Shown piece after piece: positions 7,257 to 16,044 of a stretch of 64,000 bases of DNA. Under the pieces are notes generated by a model. That model was given only the letters and a program-made list of their open reading frames with translations. It was not told where the DNA came from and made no database searches. Position 1 is the first letter of the stretch. The number at the start of each line of letters is the position of its first letter. Origin of the DNA: Candidatus Thorarchaeota archaeon (GTDB lineage Archaea > Asgardarchaeota > Thorarchaeia > Thorarchaeales > Thorarchaeaceae); NCBI GenBank assembly GCA_048882045.1, contig JBHLRZ010000012.1, positions 1 to 64,000 on the forward strand, written 5' to 3'. A program made the position numbers and the translations under genes.

Positions 7257-7892
7257 TTATCTTCTTCTCGCTGCAAATACAACTACGATGAGAACAACAA
7301 CAACGCCAACACCAACTAGGGCGTATGTCATCAGATTTGAATCCCCAGGTGGCGGAGTCGTTGTGCCAGTAGGTGTTGTTGTGGGTTGAGTTGTCGTGGT
7401 CGGTGTAGTGGTTGTGGTTGATGCGGCTGAGACTGACACTGATATGTCAAGACTGGTTCCGACCATTCCTGATGCTCCTGCTGTCCATGCCCTGATAGTC
7501 CAGGATCCTGCGGCAGTTGGAGTGAGTGTGACTGATACAGTCACTTGATCAGAAGTTGGGTTCAGATCCGAGGGATCACCATCCTCAACACCTATCTCTG
7601 TAAATGTAAACTGACTATTGTCTGCCCATCCAGAGCGTAAACCAATCGCAACTTTTCCGTCTCCTCCAGAGTAGCCAGTCTGGTTAAACATGAGAACAAA
7701 CGGTACTCCTACTGTTGCGTCTACTGTTCCTGTTGCATTCGAAGTGAGAACAAGCACACCTGTTGCAGTGTGACAGTTTCCACACGGGTTTGTCTGGCTC
7801 GGAATCGCAGTTACAGAAAAAGCTCCAGCTGCGATCAGAGCAACTAATCCTAGCGTGACAATTAGAAATCCCCTTCTTTTCATTAAATACAC
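7257..7892 (-). CDS. Surface protein with a single CxxCH heme-binding motif, Thr-rich linker and C-terminal TM anchor
   Basis: KRRGFL signal-like N-terminus, CGNCH, TTTTTTPTTTT linker, hydrophobic tail ending in RRR. Confidence 0.75.
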   Translation of the reverse strand: MYLMKRRGFLIVTLGLVALIAAGAFSVTAIPSQTNPCGNCHTATGVLVLTSNATGTVDATVGVPFVLMFNQTGYSGGDGKVAIGLRSGWADNSQFTFTEIGVEDGDPSDLNPTSDQVTVSVTLTPTAAGSWTIRAWTAGASGMVGTSLDISVSVSAASTTTTTPTTTTQPTTTPTGTTTPPPGDSNLMTYALVGVGVVVVLIVVVFAARRR

Positions 7893-7956
7893 CTCAATAT
7901 ATGATGTGCAGTGGAAGGGTAGTACACTCTAGCGAGTAGCGTTCGATAGGAGACAT

Positions 7957-8679
7957 TTGTATAAGAATTTAATCTTAACAGGCTTAATTATCTCAAGTTC
8001 AAGGAGGATGAATTCGATGGCAAGGGTCTTGATAAGGAAAATAGTGAAGGCTTTGATGTACCTGACCTACTATAACCTCCCCCTCCTGATTTTGGCGAGT
8101 GGTATTTACCTAAACATAGTCAACCTAACCATTATCGCTCTAGACCAAATTGTCGTATTCGCAGATATAATGATACGACCTGCAACACCACTAGAAGATG
8201 CGGATACCACAACTAAGTTGGTAGGCATACTACTACTACTGCATCCATTCTTCTTGATCATTCTTTTCTATGAGAATCTCTTCCTGACCTCGATTTACTT
8301 GCCTATTCTTGATGTTCCTGTCATCTCATACATCGGTATCATTGTCTATATTGTGGGTGGGATTCTTGTTCTGAGGAGCAGAACACAGCTCGGAAGGTAC
8401 GGAGACGGGACTACTAAACTGAAGGAAGACCATCAACTCCTGACAGAGGGAATCTACAACCACATCCGTCATCCGTTGTACGCTGGAGGAATGATAGGAC
8501 GTATTGGACTTGGTCTGTCATTTCGAGGATACTTGGGTACAATCCTGTACATATTGATTTACTTCTTGATATTTAGAAAAAGGATGGAGATTGAGGAACA
8601 ATCGTTGTTGTCCGAGTTTGGAGAAGAGTATGAGGAATACATGAAACGAACGAAACGTTTCTTCCCTTACATCTACTAG
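7957..8679 (+). CDS. Isoprenylcysteine carboxyl methyltransferase (ICMT/PEMT) family membrane protein
   Basis: HQLLTEGIYNHIRHPLYAG and EEQSLLSEFGEEYEEYMKRTKRFFP motifs. Confidence 0.9.
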   Translation: MYKNLILTGLIISSSRRMNSMARVLIRKIVKALMYLTYYNLPLLILASGIYLNIVNLTIIALDQIVVFADIMIRPATPLEDADTTTKLVGILLLLHPFFLIILFYENLFLTSIYLPILDVPVISYIGIIVYIVGGILVLRSRTQLGRYGDGTTKLKEDHQLLTEGIYNHIRHPLYAGGMIGRIGLGLSFRGYLGTILYILIYFLIFRKRMEIEEQSLLSEFGEEYEEYMKRTKRFFPYIY

Positions 8680-8715
8680 CCTCAGAATGATAGAGTGGCA
8701 TGCAAAATCAGACCA

Positions 8716-9090
8716 TTAGGAGTTAGCCAGTGGCATTTCAAACTCTTTTGTAAACTCCACAATTTCGTCAGACGTTGGAAGACCTGTGATTGTCTGGTTT
8801 CCTATCTCAATCCTTGGCACAACTCCTCTGACCTTTCTTCTCTTCAGGAAACTAAAGGTCGCTATATCTATGACCTCGATTTGGCAATCAAGCTTCTCAG
8901 CAGCTCTTGATGCAGCATCCAACAAAATGAGATGCTCGTGAGGAATCATATTCCCTCCTTTCCCTACTGAGTTCCACCAGTCTGTTGCATTTGTCCTTGT
9001 ACAATTTGGATGACCAACAGTGTCCATATCAGCTGCTTGGATTGTTGCGGACTTAGACTCTATAAACACTCTGAGTACCAATTCCATCAA
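8716..9090 (-). CDS. Hypothetical protein, possible thioredoxin-like fold
   Basis: C-terminal VP.IEIG...ITGLPTSDEI resembles thioredoxin-fold ends; there is no CxxC. Confidence 0.55.
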   Translation of the reverse strand: MMELVLRVFIESKSATIQAADMDTVGHPNCTRTNATDWWNSVGKGGNMIPHEHLILLDAASRAAEKLDCQIEVIDIATFSFLKRRKVRGVVPRIEIGNQTITGLPTSDEIVEFTKEFEMPLANS

Positions 9091-9156
9091 TAAACACCGT
9101 GATCTCCTGATGGAAATTTGCTACTATAAACTGGTGTTTCAAAGCCATGAAACAGG

Positions 9157-10092
9157 TCAGGTGCGTATATCTTGTGGGGGCCAGAGGTCATGGGCGGTAA
9201 GAAGGTCAATCAACATTGTGTGAGAAAGCGTATCAGGATTGACCGATGAATATCCAATCATCACTGTAACACTCTCTATCCCCTCTTGTTTCTGAAGATC
9301 CCTTGTCAGTTCGTCTAGTTTCGTGATATCACTCATACCGAGAATAGCAAATAGCAAGGGTTCATGCATTGAAGTTCTAGAATACCAGAACTCAATTGGA
9401 TAATTCGTATTGAACCATTGCACGATCGCTACAGGAGTTGTCCTATCTGGATTGTATCTGACAGGAGCAGCTACTACAGAAGTGCCCTTGCCAAAGGGAT
9501 TCCATTTGATACCAAACAAGACCATGTCTTCTCTCACAAGTGTTTCCAAATTCTGTTCCACACTCTTAACAGACAATCCTGCACGTGCGGCAATCTCATG
9601 AATTGGCAATCTTGGATCACGTACAAGCTGACTCAAGATTTTCAGTTGCGGTGTCGTGAAATCTGTGAGTTCACACTCGCTCTCATACACCTCTGTCACA
9701 TGTATGTCAACGTTCTCCACTCCCTCAAAGTCTGTTATTTTCTTTGTAAGATTGGAGAGTTCATCCTGAGTAGTAAACATCGCTCTGAGAAGAATCTCTC
9801 CGGAAACAATCGGGAGAATCAGAAACACAGCGCGTTCATTTTGCAAACAGTCTGTAAACCGGTCGAGATCAACAGATCCGTCCGTCTTTGCAATTATCAT
9901 CGCAGTCTCAGCAGTTATGTACTTGTGTCCAAGAGTCACGATATAATCTTTGATGAATCCGACTTTAGTAAGCCTATCTATTCTCTTTTTGATTGATGGA
10001 GCTGTGAGACCGATCTTTTTTGCGAGATGGCGTAATGTCTGTCTTGAGTTGTCCATCAATTCAAAGACAATGCGTTTGTCGTATTCATCCAA
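9157..10092 (-). CDS. Lrp/AsnC-family regulator with duplicated HTH-RAM modules
   Basis: MDEYDKRIVFELMDNSRQTLRHLAKKIGLT and a second unit ILSQLVRDPRLPIHEIAARAGLS. Confidence 0.85.
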   Translation of the reverse strand: MDEYDKRIVFELMDNSRQTLRHLAKKIGLTAPSIKKRIDRLTKVGFIKDYIVTLGHKYITAETAMIIAKTDGSVDLDRFTDCLQNERAVFLILPIVSGEILLRAMFTTQDELSNLTKKITDFEGVENVDIHVTEVYESECELTDFTTPQLKILSQLVRDPRLPIHEIAARAGLSVKSVEQNLETLVREDMVLFGIKWNPFGKGTSVVAAPVRYNPDRTTPVAIVQWFNTNYPIEFWYSRTSMHEPLLFAILGMSDITKLDELTRDLQKQEGIESVTVMIGYSSVNPDTLSHTMLIDLLTAHDLWPPQDIRT

Positions 10093-10136
10093 GACAATCA
10101 GCCTATATCAACAGGCGATTCATCTTGTGAGATTTA

Positions 10137-11219
10137 TCACTTATCATTGATTGATTCGTAGTAATGACAGGCAATTTGATGCATCGAGGAAACATAGCGG
10201 AGTTCGGGTTTCTGCTCAACGCATCTCTTTTCTGCGTGAGGACACCTTGGATGAAATGAACATCCTCTTGGAATATCCCGCGGATTAGGTGGTGCGCCTG
10301 GAATCCCTCGCAACTTTGGTCTCTCTTTTCTCGCCTTTTGCTGCATCATCAGACTCGTTGGACATGAAGCCATCAAACCCTGAGTGTATGGATGACTGGG
10401 ATTGTGGAACATCTGCACCACGTCACCAACCTCGAGAATCCTACCTGAATACATGATGGCAACTCTGTCTGCTAGCTCTGCAATAATGGATGCATCATGA
10501 GACACTACCATCAATGCAACATCGAACTCATCCCTTACCATCTTCAAGACGTTCAAAATCTGAGCTTTCACTGTAACATCTAAAGCACTTGTTGGCTCAT
10601 CGGCAATGACAAGATATGGGGCTGCAATCAGGGCCATAGCGATTAGCACCCTCTGCGCCTCACCACCTGAGAATTTTCCAGGGTCGAAGGAATATCGTTC
10701 TCTTGCATCTATGAGGTTCACAAGGTCCAAGTACTCCAATACCCGCTTCTGCATCTCAGAATAACGAACATCTCCATTATGGATTTCAAGAGGTTCACAG
10801 GTTTGCATTCCAATACTGAATATAGGTGTAAGAGCCCCCTGGAGTCCTTGGGGAATGTATGAAATATGGCTTCCAAGAAATCTCGCTCGCTCAGTTTCGG
10901 GAAGTGTCAAGAAATCAATTCCCTGATACAACACCTCTCCTGATACGGTCTTGCTCCAGACCTCCTTGTCTATGTACTCTGTTTGGATAGGAAAGGTCCA
11001 TTCGGACTTTATCTTTGCATCATTATATCTGTGAGTGATCTGAAACAAACCAAGTGCAGCTTTTATCAGGGATGTCTTCCCACATCCAGATTCTCCCAGT
11101 AGACCGAGACATTCTCCTTTATGTATGGTGAGTGAAACATCATCCACACTCACTATACTTCCTTTGCTGCTTGGAATGAAAGCTCTAAGATTTCTTATTT
11201 CAAAAAGAGATTGTTGCAC
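10137..11219 (-). CDS. Oligopeptide/dipeptide ABC transporter ATP-binding subunit (OppD/DppD-like)
   Basis: GESGCGKT, FSGGEAQR, IADEPTSALD, HPYT and GCSFHPRC motifs. Confidence 0.92.
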   Translation of the reverse strand: MQQSLFEIRNLRAFIPSSKGSIVSVDDVSLTIHKGECLGLLGESGCGKTSLIKAALGLFQITHRYNDAKIKSEWTFPIQTEYIDKEVWSKTVSGEVLYQGIDFLTLPETERARFLGSHISYIPQGLQGALTPIFSIGMQTCEPLEIHNGDVRYSEMQKRVLEYLDLVNLIDARERYSFDPGKFSGGEAQRVLIAMALIAAPYLVIADEPTSALDVTVKAQILNVLKMVRDEFDVALMVVSHDASIIAELADRVAIMYSGRILEVGDVVQMFHNPSHPYTQGLMASCPTSLMMQQKARKERPKLRGIPGAPPNPRDIPRGCSFHPRCPHAEKRCVEQKPELRYVSSMHQIACHYYESINDK

Positions 11220-11225
11220 GGGAAT

Positions 11226-11702
11226 CTACTCTCCAACATAATTCCAGATAAGATAGCTAATACTGAGATGAACCAAACCGAATAGTGAAAATATCAGTGA
11301 CTTTGCAGCTGAAACCTTTCCCCATGTAAATCCTATCAATATAGCCCAAAGACCAAGTATAACTTCTATTATCACAAAGACAGCTATCACATTTGGTTTT
11401 CCAAGGAACAATGAGGACCCGAAAGAAACTGATGGCTCTTTGTATAATGCAACCTCTCCTCCGTCAACAACACTGATTTCGTGTATCCTTGGCAAAATAC
11501 CCCGAGTATGTTCAATTTCCACAAGACTGCCTATCTTTGGTATTTCGCCTCTAGACTCTTTTCCGAACTGAAAGTCCGCTCTTTCTCCACTAATAGTCTT
11601 CAATGTGAGTCTTCCAGACACGAAACCAGCCCACTCACCAATCTCATGTCCAATTAAAATTCCAGAAGTGATTGTTGTTTCTGATGAGATTTCAGCCTTC
11701 AT
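11226..11702 (-). CDS. Hypothetical protein with two C-terminal TM helices
   Basis: ORF track; co-oriented with neighbours. Confidence 0.6.
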   Translation of the reverse strand: MKAEISSETTITSGILIGHEIGEWAGFVSGRLTLKTISGERADFQFGKESRGEIPKIGSLVEIEHTRGILPRIHEISVVDGGEVALYKEPSVSFGSSLFLGKPNVIAVFVIIEVILGLWAILIGFTWGKVSAAKSLIFSLFGLVHLSISYLIWNYVGE

Positions 11703-11761
11703 TATTGAAAAGGTTCAGGCTTTTGATAATAAACAGGTGTTTCAGAGTAGTGAAACAGGGA

Positions 11762-11950
11762 TTAGCCCCGGACACGAGGGCCGTGAACTTTCTTGTGCGC
11801 CCAGTTGTACTGTCGGAGCTTTGCTGAGCGACCGTATCCACATGCAGCGCATGCCTTATGCCTCACGTGATAGGATCTTCTGCCGCATCTTCTACATCGT
11901 ATGTGGTGTGGGTTGTTCTTCTTACCTTTTGATGGTGTGCCTTTACCCAT
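11762..11950 (-). CDS. rpl37e: 50S ribosomal protein L37e
   Basis: [10 protein letters not shown]...[13 protein letters not shown]...CAACGYG. Confidence 0.97.
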   Translation of the reverse strand: MGKGTPSKGKKNNPHHIRCRRCGRRSYHVRHKACAACGYGRSAKLRQYNWAHKKVHGPRVRG

Positions 11951-11968
11951 CTTCTTTGACTCCTCTGG

Positions 11969-12226
11969 CTATTTGGGCGGAGGTGATACAAGAACGACGT
12001 TGTCGCCTCTCACAATCACAGTCTTGACCACTTCGATGATCTGTTCATCCGTTTCAGGATTGATTGAAATCTCTTCAGCATCCTCTAATATGAGGTTCAG
12101 GTGTTGATCGAATCCTCGCAGCTTTCCCTTGATTTTCTTTCTGCCTTTCAACTCAACCAGTACTTGGTCTCCGATCGAGGTCTGGAGAAGTTCCATAGGT
12201 CTGCCTGCGTTCAACATAATCACCAA
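11969..12226 (-). CDS. Sm-like (Lsm/SmAP1) protein
   Basis: GKLRGFDQHLNLILEDAEE and IVRGDNVVLVSP; conserved position next to rpl37e. Confidence 0.95.
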   Translation of the reverse strand: MVIMLNAGRPMELLQTSIGDQVLVELKGRKKIKGKLRGFDQHLNLILEDAEEISINPETDEQIIEVVKTVIVRGDNVVLVSPPPK

Positions 12227-12366
12227 CAGAATGCGTCATGTGGCCGATGGTCACCCGACGTTGGCGCTAGTTTTTGGGCTTGGCTTAAAAACATGACGAT
12301 GAAGCCAGCATACCAAGTGGCTTAAACACGTCGTAGGCTTCAAAAGGACTACTTGCACACATCAAC

Positions 12367-12876
12367 ATGATGCCAAAGATAGAAAGAATCAAGAAACGCC
12401 ATCTGTTGAAGAAGCGTGAGCAGAGAGACGAAATTGCGAGAATTGAGGGAGAGATTGGCTCTCCTATCGAGCGGCTTGATGGAAAGATCCAGCTCGAAGC
12501 CGGAGTCCTCGACGATGGCTCACGAATTCTGCTTCTTGATGGTGAAATAATCTTCTTCGAACACGAGGGCAGGATGTTCCCGACCTTGAGAGCCCTTCTA
12601 CATGGTCTTATAGATGTTCCAAGGATAACCGTCGATATGGGTGCGGTACGTTTTGTTGTGAATGGAGCAGACATAATGCGTCCTGGAATCACAGAGATAG
12701 ATCACCGAGTCCGGGAGAACTGTATCGTGGTAGTTGTGGATGAAAACCATAGCAAACCCCTGGCAGTTGGTGTGTCTAAGCTGTCAGCTGATGACTTACG
12801 TGCCGCAAGTAGTGGAAAGGTCATCAAGTCTGTTCATCATATCAACGATGATCTCTGGGTGTTCGGGAAATCCTGA
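12367..12876 (+). CDS. PUA-domain RNA-binding protein (MCT-1/Tma20-like)
   Basis: VDMGAVRFVVNGADIMRPGI...GKVIKSVHHIND. Confidence 0.9.
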   Translation: MMPKIERIKKRHLLKKREQRDEIARIEGEIGSPIERLDGKIQLEAGVLDDGSRILLLDGEIIFFEHEGRMFPTLRALLHGLIDVPRITVDMGAVRFVVNGADIMRPGITEIDHRVRENCIVVVVDENHSKPLAVGVSKLSADDLRAASSGKVIKSVHHINDDLWVFGKS

Positions 12877-12880
12877 GATC

Positions 12881-15538
12881 CTATTCGTCGTCCTCTAGCT
12901 TGGCTCTGACATGAGAGAGAGCAGCCTTGTAGACCTCTTTTGCAAACTCAGTTTCAAGTCCAGAGTTGTTCGCAAAACGGTCCCTTGCATACCCCTCTTT
13001 ACTCGCCCCTAAGTCTTTCTTGACCACTTCTGAGATTGATGTGTAACTGTTTTCATAGAGAATTCTTGCATTGTCTCTGGACAATCTACTGGATGGAGAA
13101 TCGTCACCTGGCAGAAGTTGTAGTTCAAGCAAGTCTGACCCAGCTAGATCTTTACACACTCCATACCGAACTTGTCTACTGAGCACAGTCATTCGTCTTG
13201 CAAGATTCTTTCTCTTCGTTGACACCAAGAATTGTGCTAGGTTCTCTGCACTTCTACTACAAATGCCAAGGAGCGAGTTGAGGTCTCCCTCATCCAGACT
13301 GATTCCTCGAGCCATATCAGCGGCCTCCTTTACAATTGTCGCTACATCCTGTTCCTCCAACCATCTCTCGAGGACTGCTTTCTTGACTGCCAACCGTTCA
13401 GGAACTCTCATCACGTACCACTCTTCAGGTGGTTCCAGATTCATTAGGCTCATCTCAATCTTAGATGGAACATACGATCGTGGTCTGATTGATTGGGCCA
13501 TTTTATGCTGGAGAAGCAGATCCAACAGTTCTGATTCGTCGGTATCCTCAGTAAGCTTCGTCAAGGATTCACTGATTCGAACGAAATCATCAATATCAAT
13601 ATTGGAAAGAAAAGCACTTCGTGCCATCTTGGACAATCTGTATCCCTTGTCAACTTCTTCAAAGACTTCCTCTCTGTCCAACCATTTGAAAAGTGAGGTG
13701 AAGAAACGTTTCATTCCTACTGAGTACTCCTTGTCTACAGTGCCTCTGAAGGTGCCTCTGACAAAATTCAGGAACTTCTCTTGAAGTTCATCACGAGTGA
13801 AAGTTCGTCCATTGACTGTTTCTCTTGTCAAAATACTGACGGCAAGGCTCGGGTATAATCTACCAGGATTTAGTGGTTCTATGGGTCGATGAAGTAGTTT
13901 GTCTGCCCTATCAAGAGGGTTCGGTCCATACGACTCCTCAAACGCCAGATACACCTTTCCTCCGTGTTGAGCCAGATAGTATTCTCCAATTCGTCCTGCG
14001 ACCTGTAGATATCGTGACCTGGTTACGAGATAGTACATACTCCTGTCAAAAAGAATCAGTACACAATCGAACGGAAAGCTGATACCAGAGGTAATGCCAG
14101 TTGTCGCTACAACCGTTCTGACAGTCTTGTTTCTGATCTCTCTCTCCAGTCTTTCTCTAACACCCGCATCAAGTCCAGAATGATGGAATGCAACACCATA
14201 CTTCAAGGTGTCAGCAAGTCTGTTACTAAGCGGAAGTTTCTCTCCTGAACCAACGATTCTGTTTTCAATTCCTTTGTTTGTGGATCGTGGATGGGTTCTA
14301 GCAAGTCTCCTTGCAACAGCTTGAGCTCGATACCTGGAGCTTGCTACAATCAGAATCGACTTGCCCTCGTAATCCTCCAGGTGGTCTATTACAGCATCAA
14401 GTATGTCTTCCTGTGAGGATTCTGCTCGTTGAGTCCCATCACTGCTGACAATCTCAAAGTGGTCGTTGACTATGCTCACTATAAACTCATCAGGCACAAG
14501 TTGCACATTCGGTCTAAAGACAGTCGCATCAAGCCACATGGTAACCTCTTCTGTTTCACCGAATCGCGAAGAAAGTGTGACAATCTGAGAGCTCTCCTTC
14601 ATCAATGTGATTATTGCGTCCAGCGTTGTACTCCTATCAGTTCCAAGACTTTGCGGAGTCACTTCCATGAAGGAATCAAGTTCAGTTAGTTCGTCTACTA
14701 CTGTGAGGCTGAGGTTCTCTGTCCACTTTCTCTTTTGCAATAGAGCTGTTGCAAAAGACTCATACATCGCAATAACGAGGTTTCCCTTCTCAAGCTCATC
14801 AGCAGTAGCTCTTTGAAGACCATCATGTCGAACTACCGAGTATCCCAGCTCATTGAGAAGAGTCCCATATTCTTCAACAATCTGGCGGCTCAGAGACGTG
14901 TAGGGACTGAGATATAGGCAGCGAACTCCCTGCTGTAGGCGCAATAGAATGATAATCATGGCTAGGAAGGTCTTTCCTGAACCAGGAGGCATCTGGATTA
15001 CCAGATTGCCATCGACATCCCCAATCTCTTGTATGAACTTCTCCTGAGCCGGGAGTAGACTCACGAAGTTCTTGTGCTTGAGCAGTATCTTTGCCGCATT
15101 CTGCACATCAGTTCCAGTTCCTATGGGTCCGCCAAGTTTGCCTATTGCTGCAAGTGCAAGTCTTCCCTCGTGTGTAATCATGAACCCTCTTTGCTTCCTC
15201 CCCTTTTCTCCGGTCGATATGACGAAACCTGAACGTACAAGCTTGTTCATAGTTTCATAGATGGTTCCCCCTGACATCAGAGTCTGCCGCTGTTTCTCGT
15301 ATACAGCTTGTTGCTGGGATCTCTCTGTTTGCGATGTTGAAGCTGGCTTTGTCACTCCCTCTAATGTCAGCATCCCCTCAACTATTCCATCCCATCCCAG
15401 GCTTGGGACTATCTCTCCTGTCTGAGGGCTCAGGACCTGTAGTATTTCGATTGCATGACGGTTACTGAGGGCTTTCAATTGCTCTCTCAGTTTCGAGAGG
15501 TCTTCGTCCTCCTTCCTCCGGGTCGACATTGCAATCAA
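12881..15538 (-). CDS. Divergent Ski2/Hel308-like SF2 helicase with an N-terminal winged-helix domain
   Basis: LLPAQ, MPPGSGKT, VVDEL, GVAFHHSGL and QVAGRIG motifs. The N-terminal ALSN..AIEIL...GGTIYETMNKLVRSGFV is ArsR-like. Confidence 0.8.
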   Translation of the reverse strand: MIAMSTRRKEDEDLSKLREQLKALSNRHAIEILQVLSPQTGEIVPSLGWDGIVEGMLTLEGVTKPASTSQTERSQQQAVYEKQRQTLMSGGTIYETMNKLVRSGFVISTGEKGRKQRGFMITHEGRLALAAIGKLGGPIGTGTDVQNAAKILLKHKNFVSLLPAQEKFIQEIGDVDGNLVIQMPPGSGKTFLAMIIILLRLQQGVRCLYLSPYTSLSRQIVEEYGTLLNELGYSVVRHDGLQRATADELEKGNLVIAMYESFATALLQKRKWTENLSLTVVDELTELDSFMEVTPQSLGTDRSTTLDAIITLMKESSQIVTLSSRFGETEEVTMWLDATVFRPNVQLVPDEFIVSIVNDHFEIVSSDGTQRAESSQEDILDAVIDHLEDYEGKSILIVASSRYRAQAVARRLARTHPRSTNKGIENRIVGSGEKLPLSNRLADTLKYGVAFHHSGLDAGVRERLEREIRNKTVRTVVATTGITSGISFPFDCVLILFDRSMYYLVTRSRYLQVAGRIGEYYLAQHGGKVYLAFEESYGPNPLDRADKLLHRPIEPLNPGRLYPSLAVSILTRETVNGRTFTRDELQEKFLNFVRGTFRGTVDKEYSVGMKRFFTSLFKWLDREEVFEEVDKGYRLSKMARSAFLSNIDIDDFVRISESLTKLTEDTDESELLDLLLQHKMAQSIRPRSYVPSKIEMSLMNLEPPEEWYVMRVPERLAVKKAVLERWLEEQDVATIVKEAADMARGISLDEGDLNSLLGICSRSAENLAQFLVSTKRKNLARRMTVLSRQVRYGVCKDLAGSDLLELQLLPGDDSPSSRLSRDNARILYENSYTSISEVVKKDLGASKEGYARDRFANNSGLETEFAKEVYKAALSHVRAKLEDDE

Positions 15539-15632
15539 TCAGCTCTTTGGCTCGCGTGTGTGATAAAGTTTGGCTCCGCGATATAATACTCGCTCTTTTC
15601 TTGATATTACAGGTCTATCCATATGAACTGAG

Positions 15633-16043
15633 GTGTTCACAGTGAGGTCTCTATTCAAAAGAAACCGAAAGTCAGACTCATCTGAGGAAACAACAGCCCA
15701 AAGAACCCTACCAAGTCTTGGCATCTTCTCTGCCGCCAAGGACTCCAAGCCTGAGCGACTTCTCAGTTATGATGTTAAGAGGCTTGCAGAGTTAGAACAG
15801 ATATTCATCAGATCAAAGAAACTGGAATCTCTCGCAGATGTATCATATGTTGTCAATGAGATTCGTGATGGTAACATTGTATTATTGGACATCTCACGAC
15901 TCAACGATGGGAACGATCAGACCCATCTCGAACTCCGACGAATCATCGAACGAATCCGTGGTGAAACCAGAGGCTACATGGCTGAGATTGCACTTGTCAA
16001 CGATGGTTGCATGATAGTGACACCATCGTTTGTCAGTTTCTAG
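15633..16043 (+). CDS. sepF: Cell division protein SepF
   Basis: LESLADV..VVNEIRDGNIVLLDI...MIVTP. Confidence 0.85.
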   Translation: MFTVRSLFKRNRKSDSSEETTAQRTLPSLGIFSAAKDSKPERLLSYDVKRLAELEQIFIRSKKLESLADVSYVVNEIRDGNIVLLDISRLNDGNDQTHLELRRIIERIRGETRGYMAEIALVNDGCMIVTPSFVSF

Positions 16044-16044
16044 A

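Noticed and set aside
13071-13784. Long antisense ORFs (also 17234..17845, 9418..9996, 54791..55303 and similar)
   Set aside because: They lie opposite well-supported genes and have Ser/Pro-rich shadow composition without motifs.
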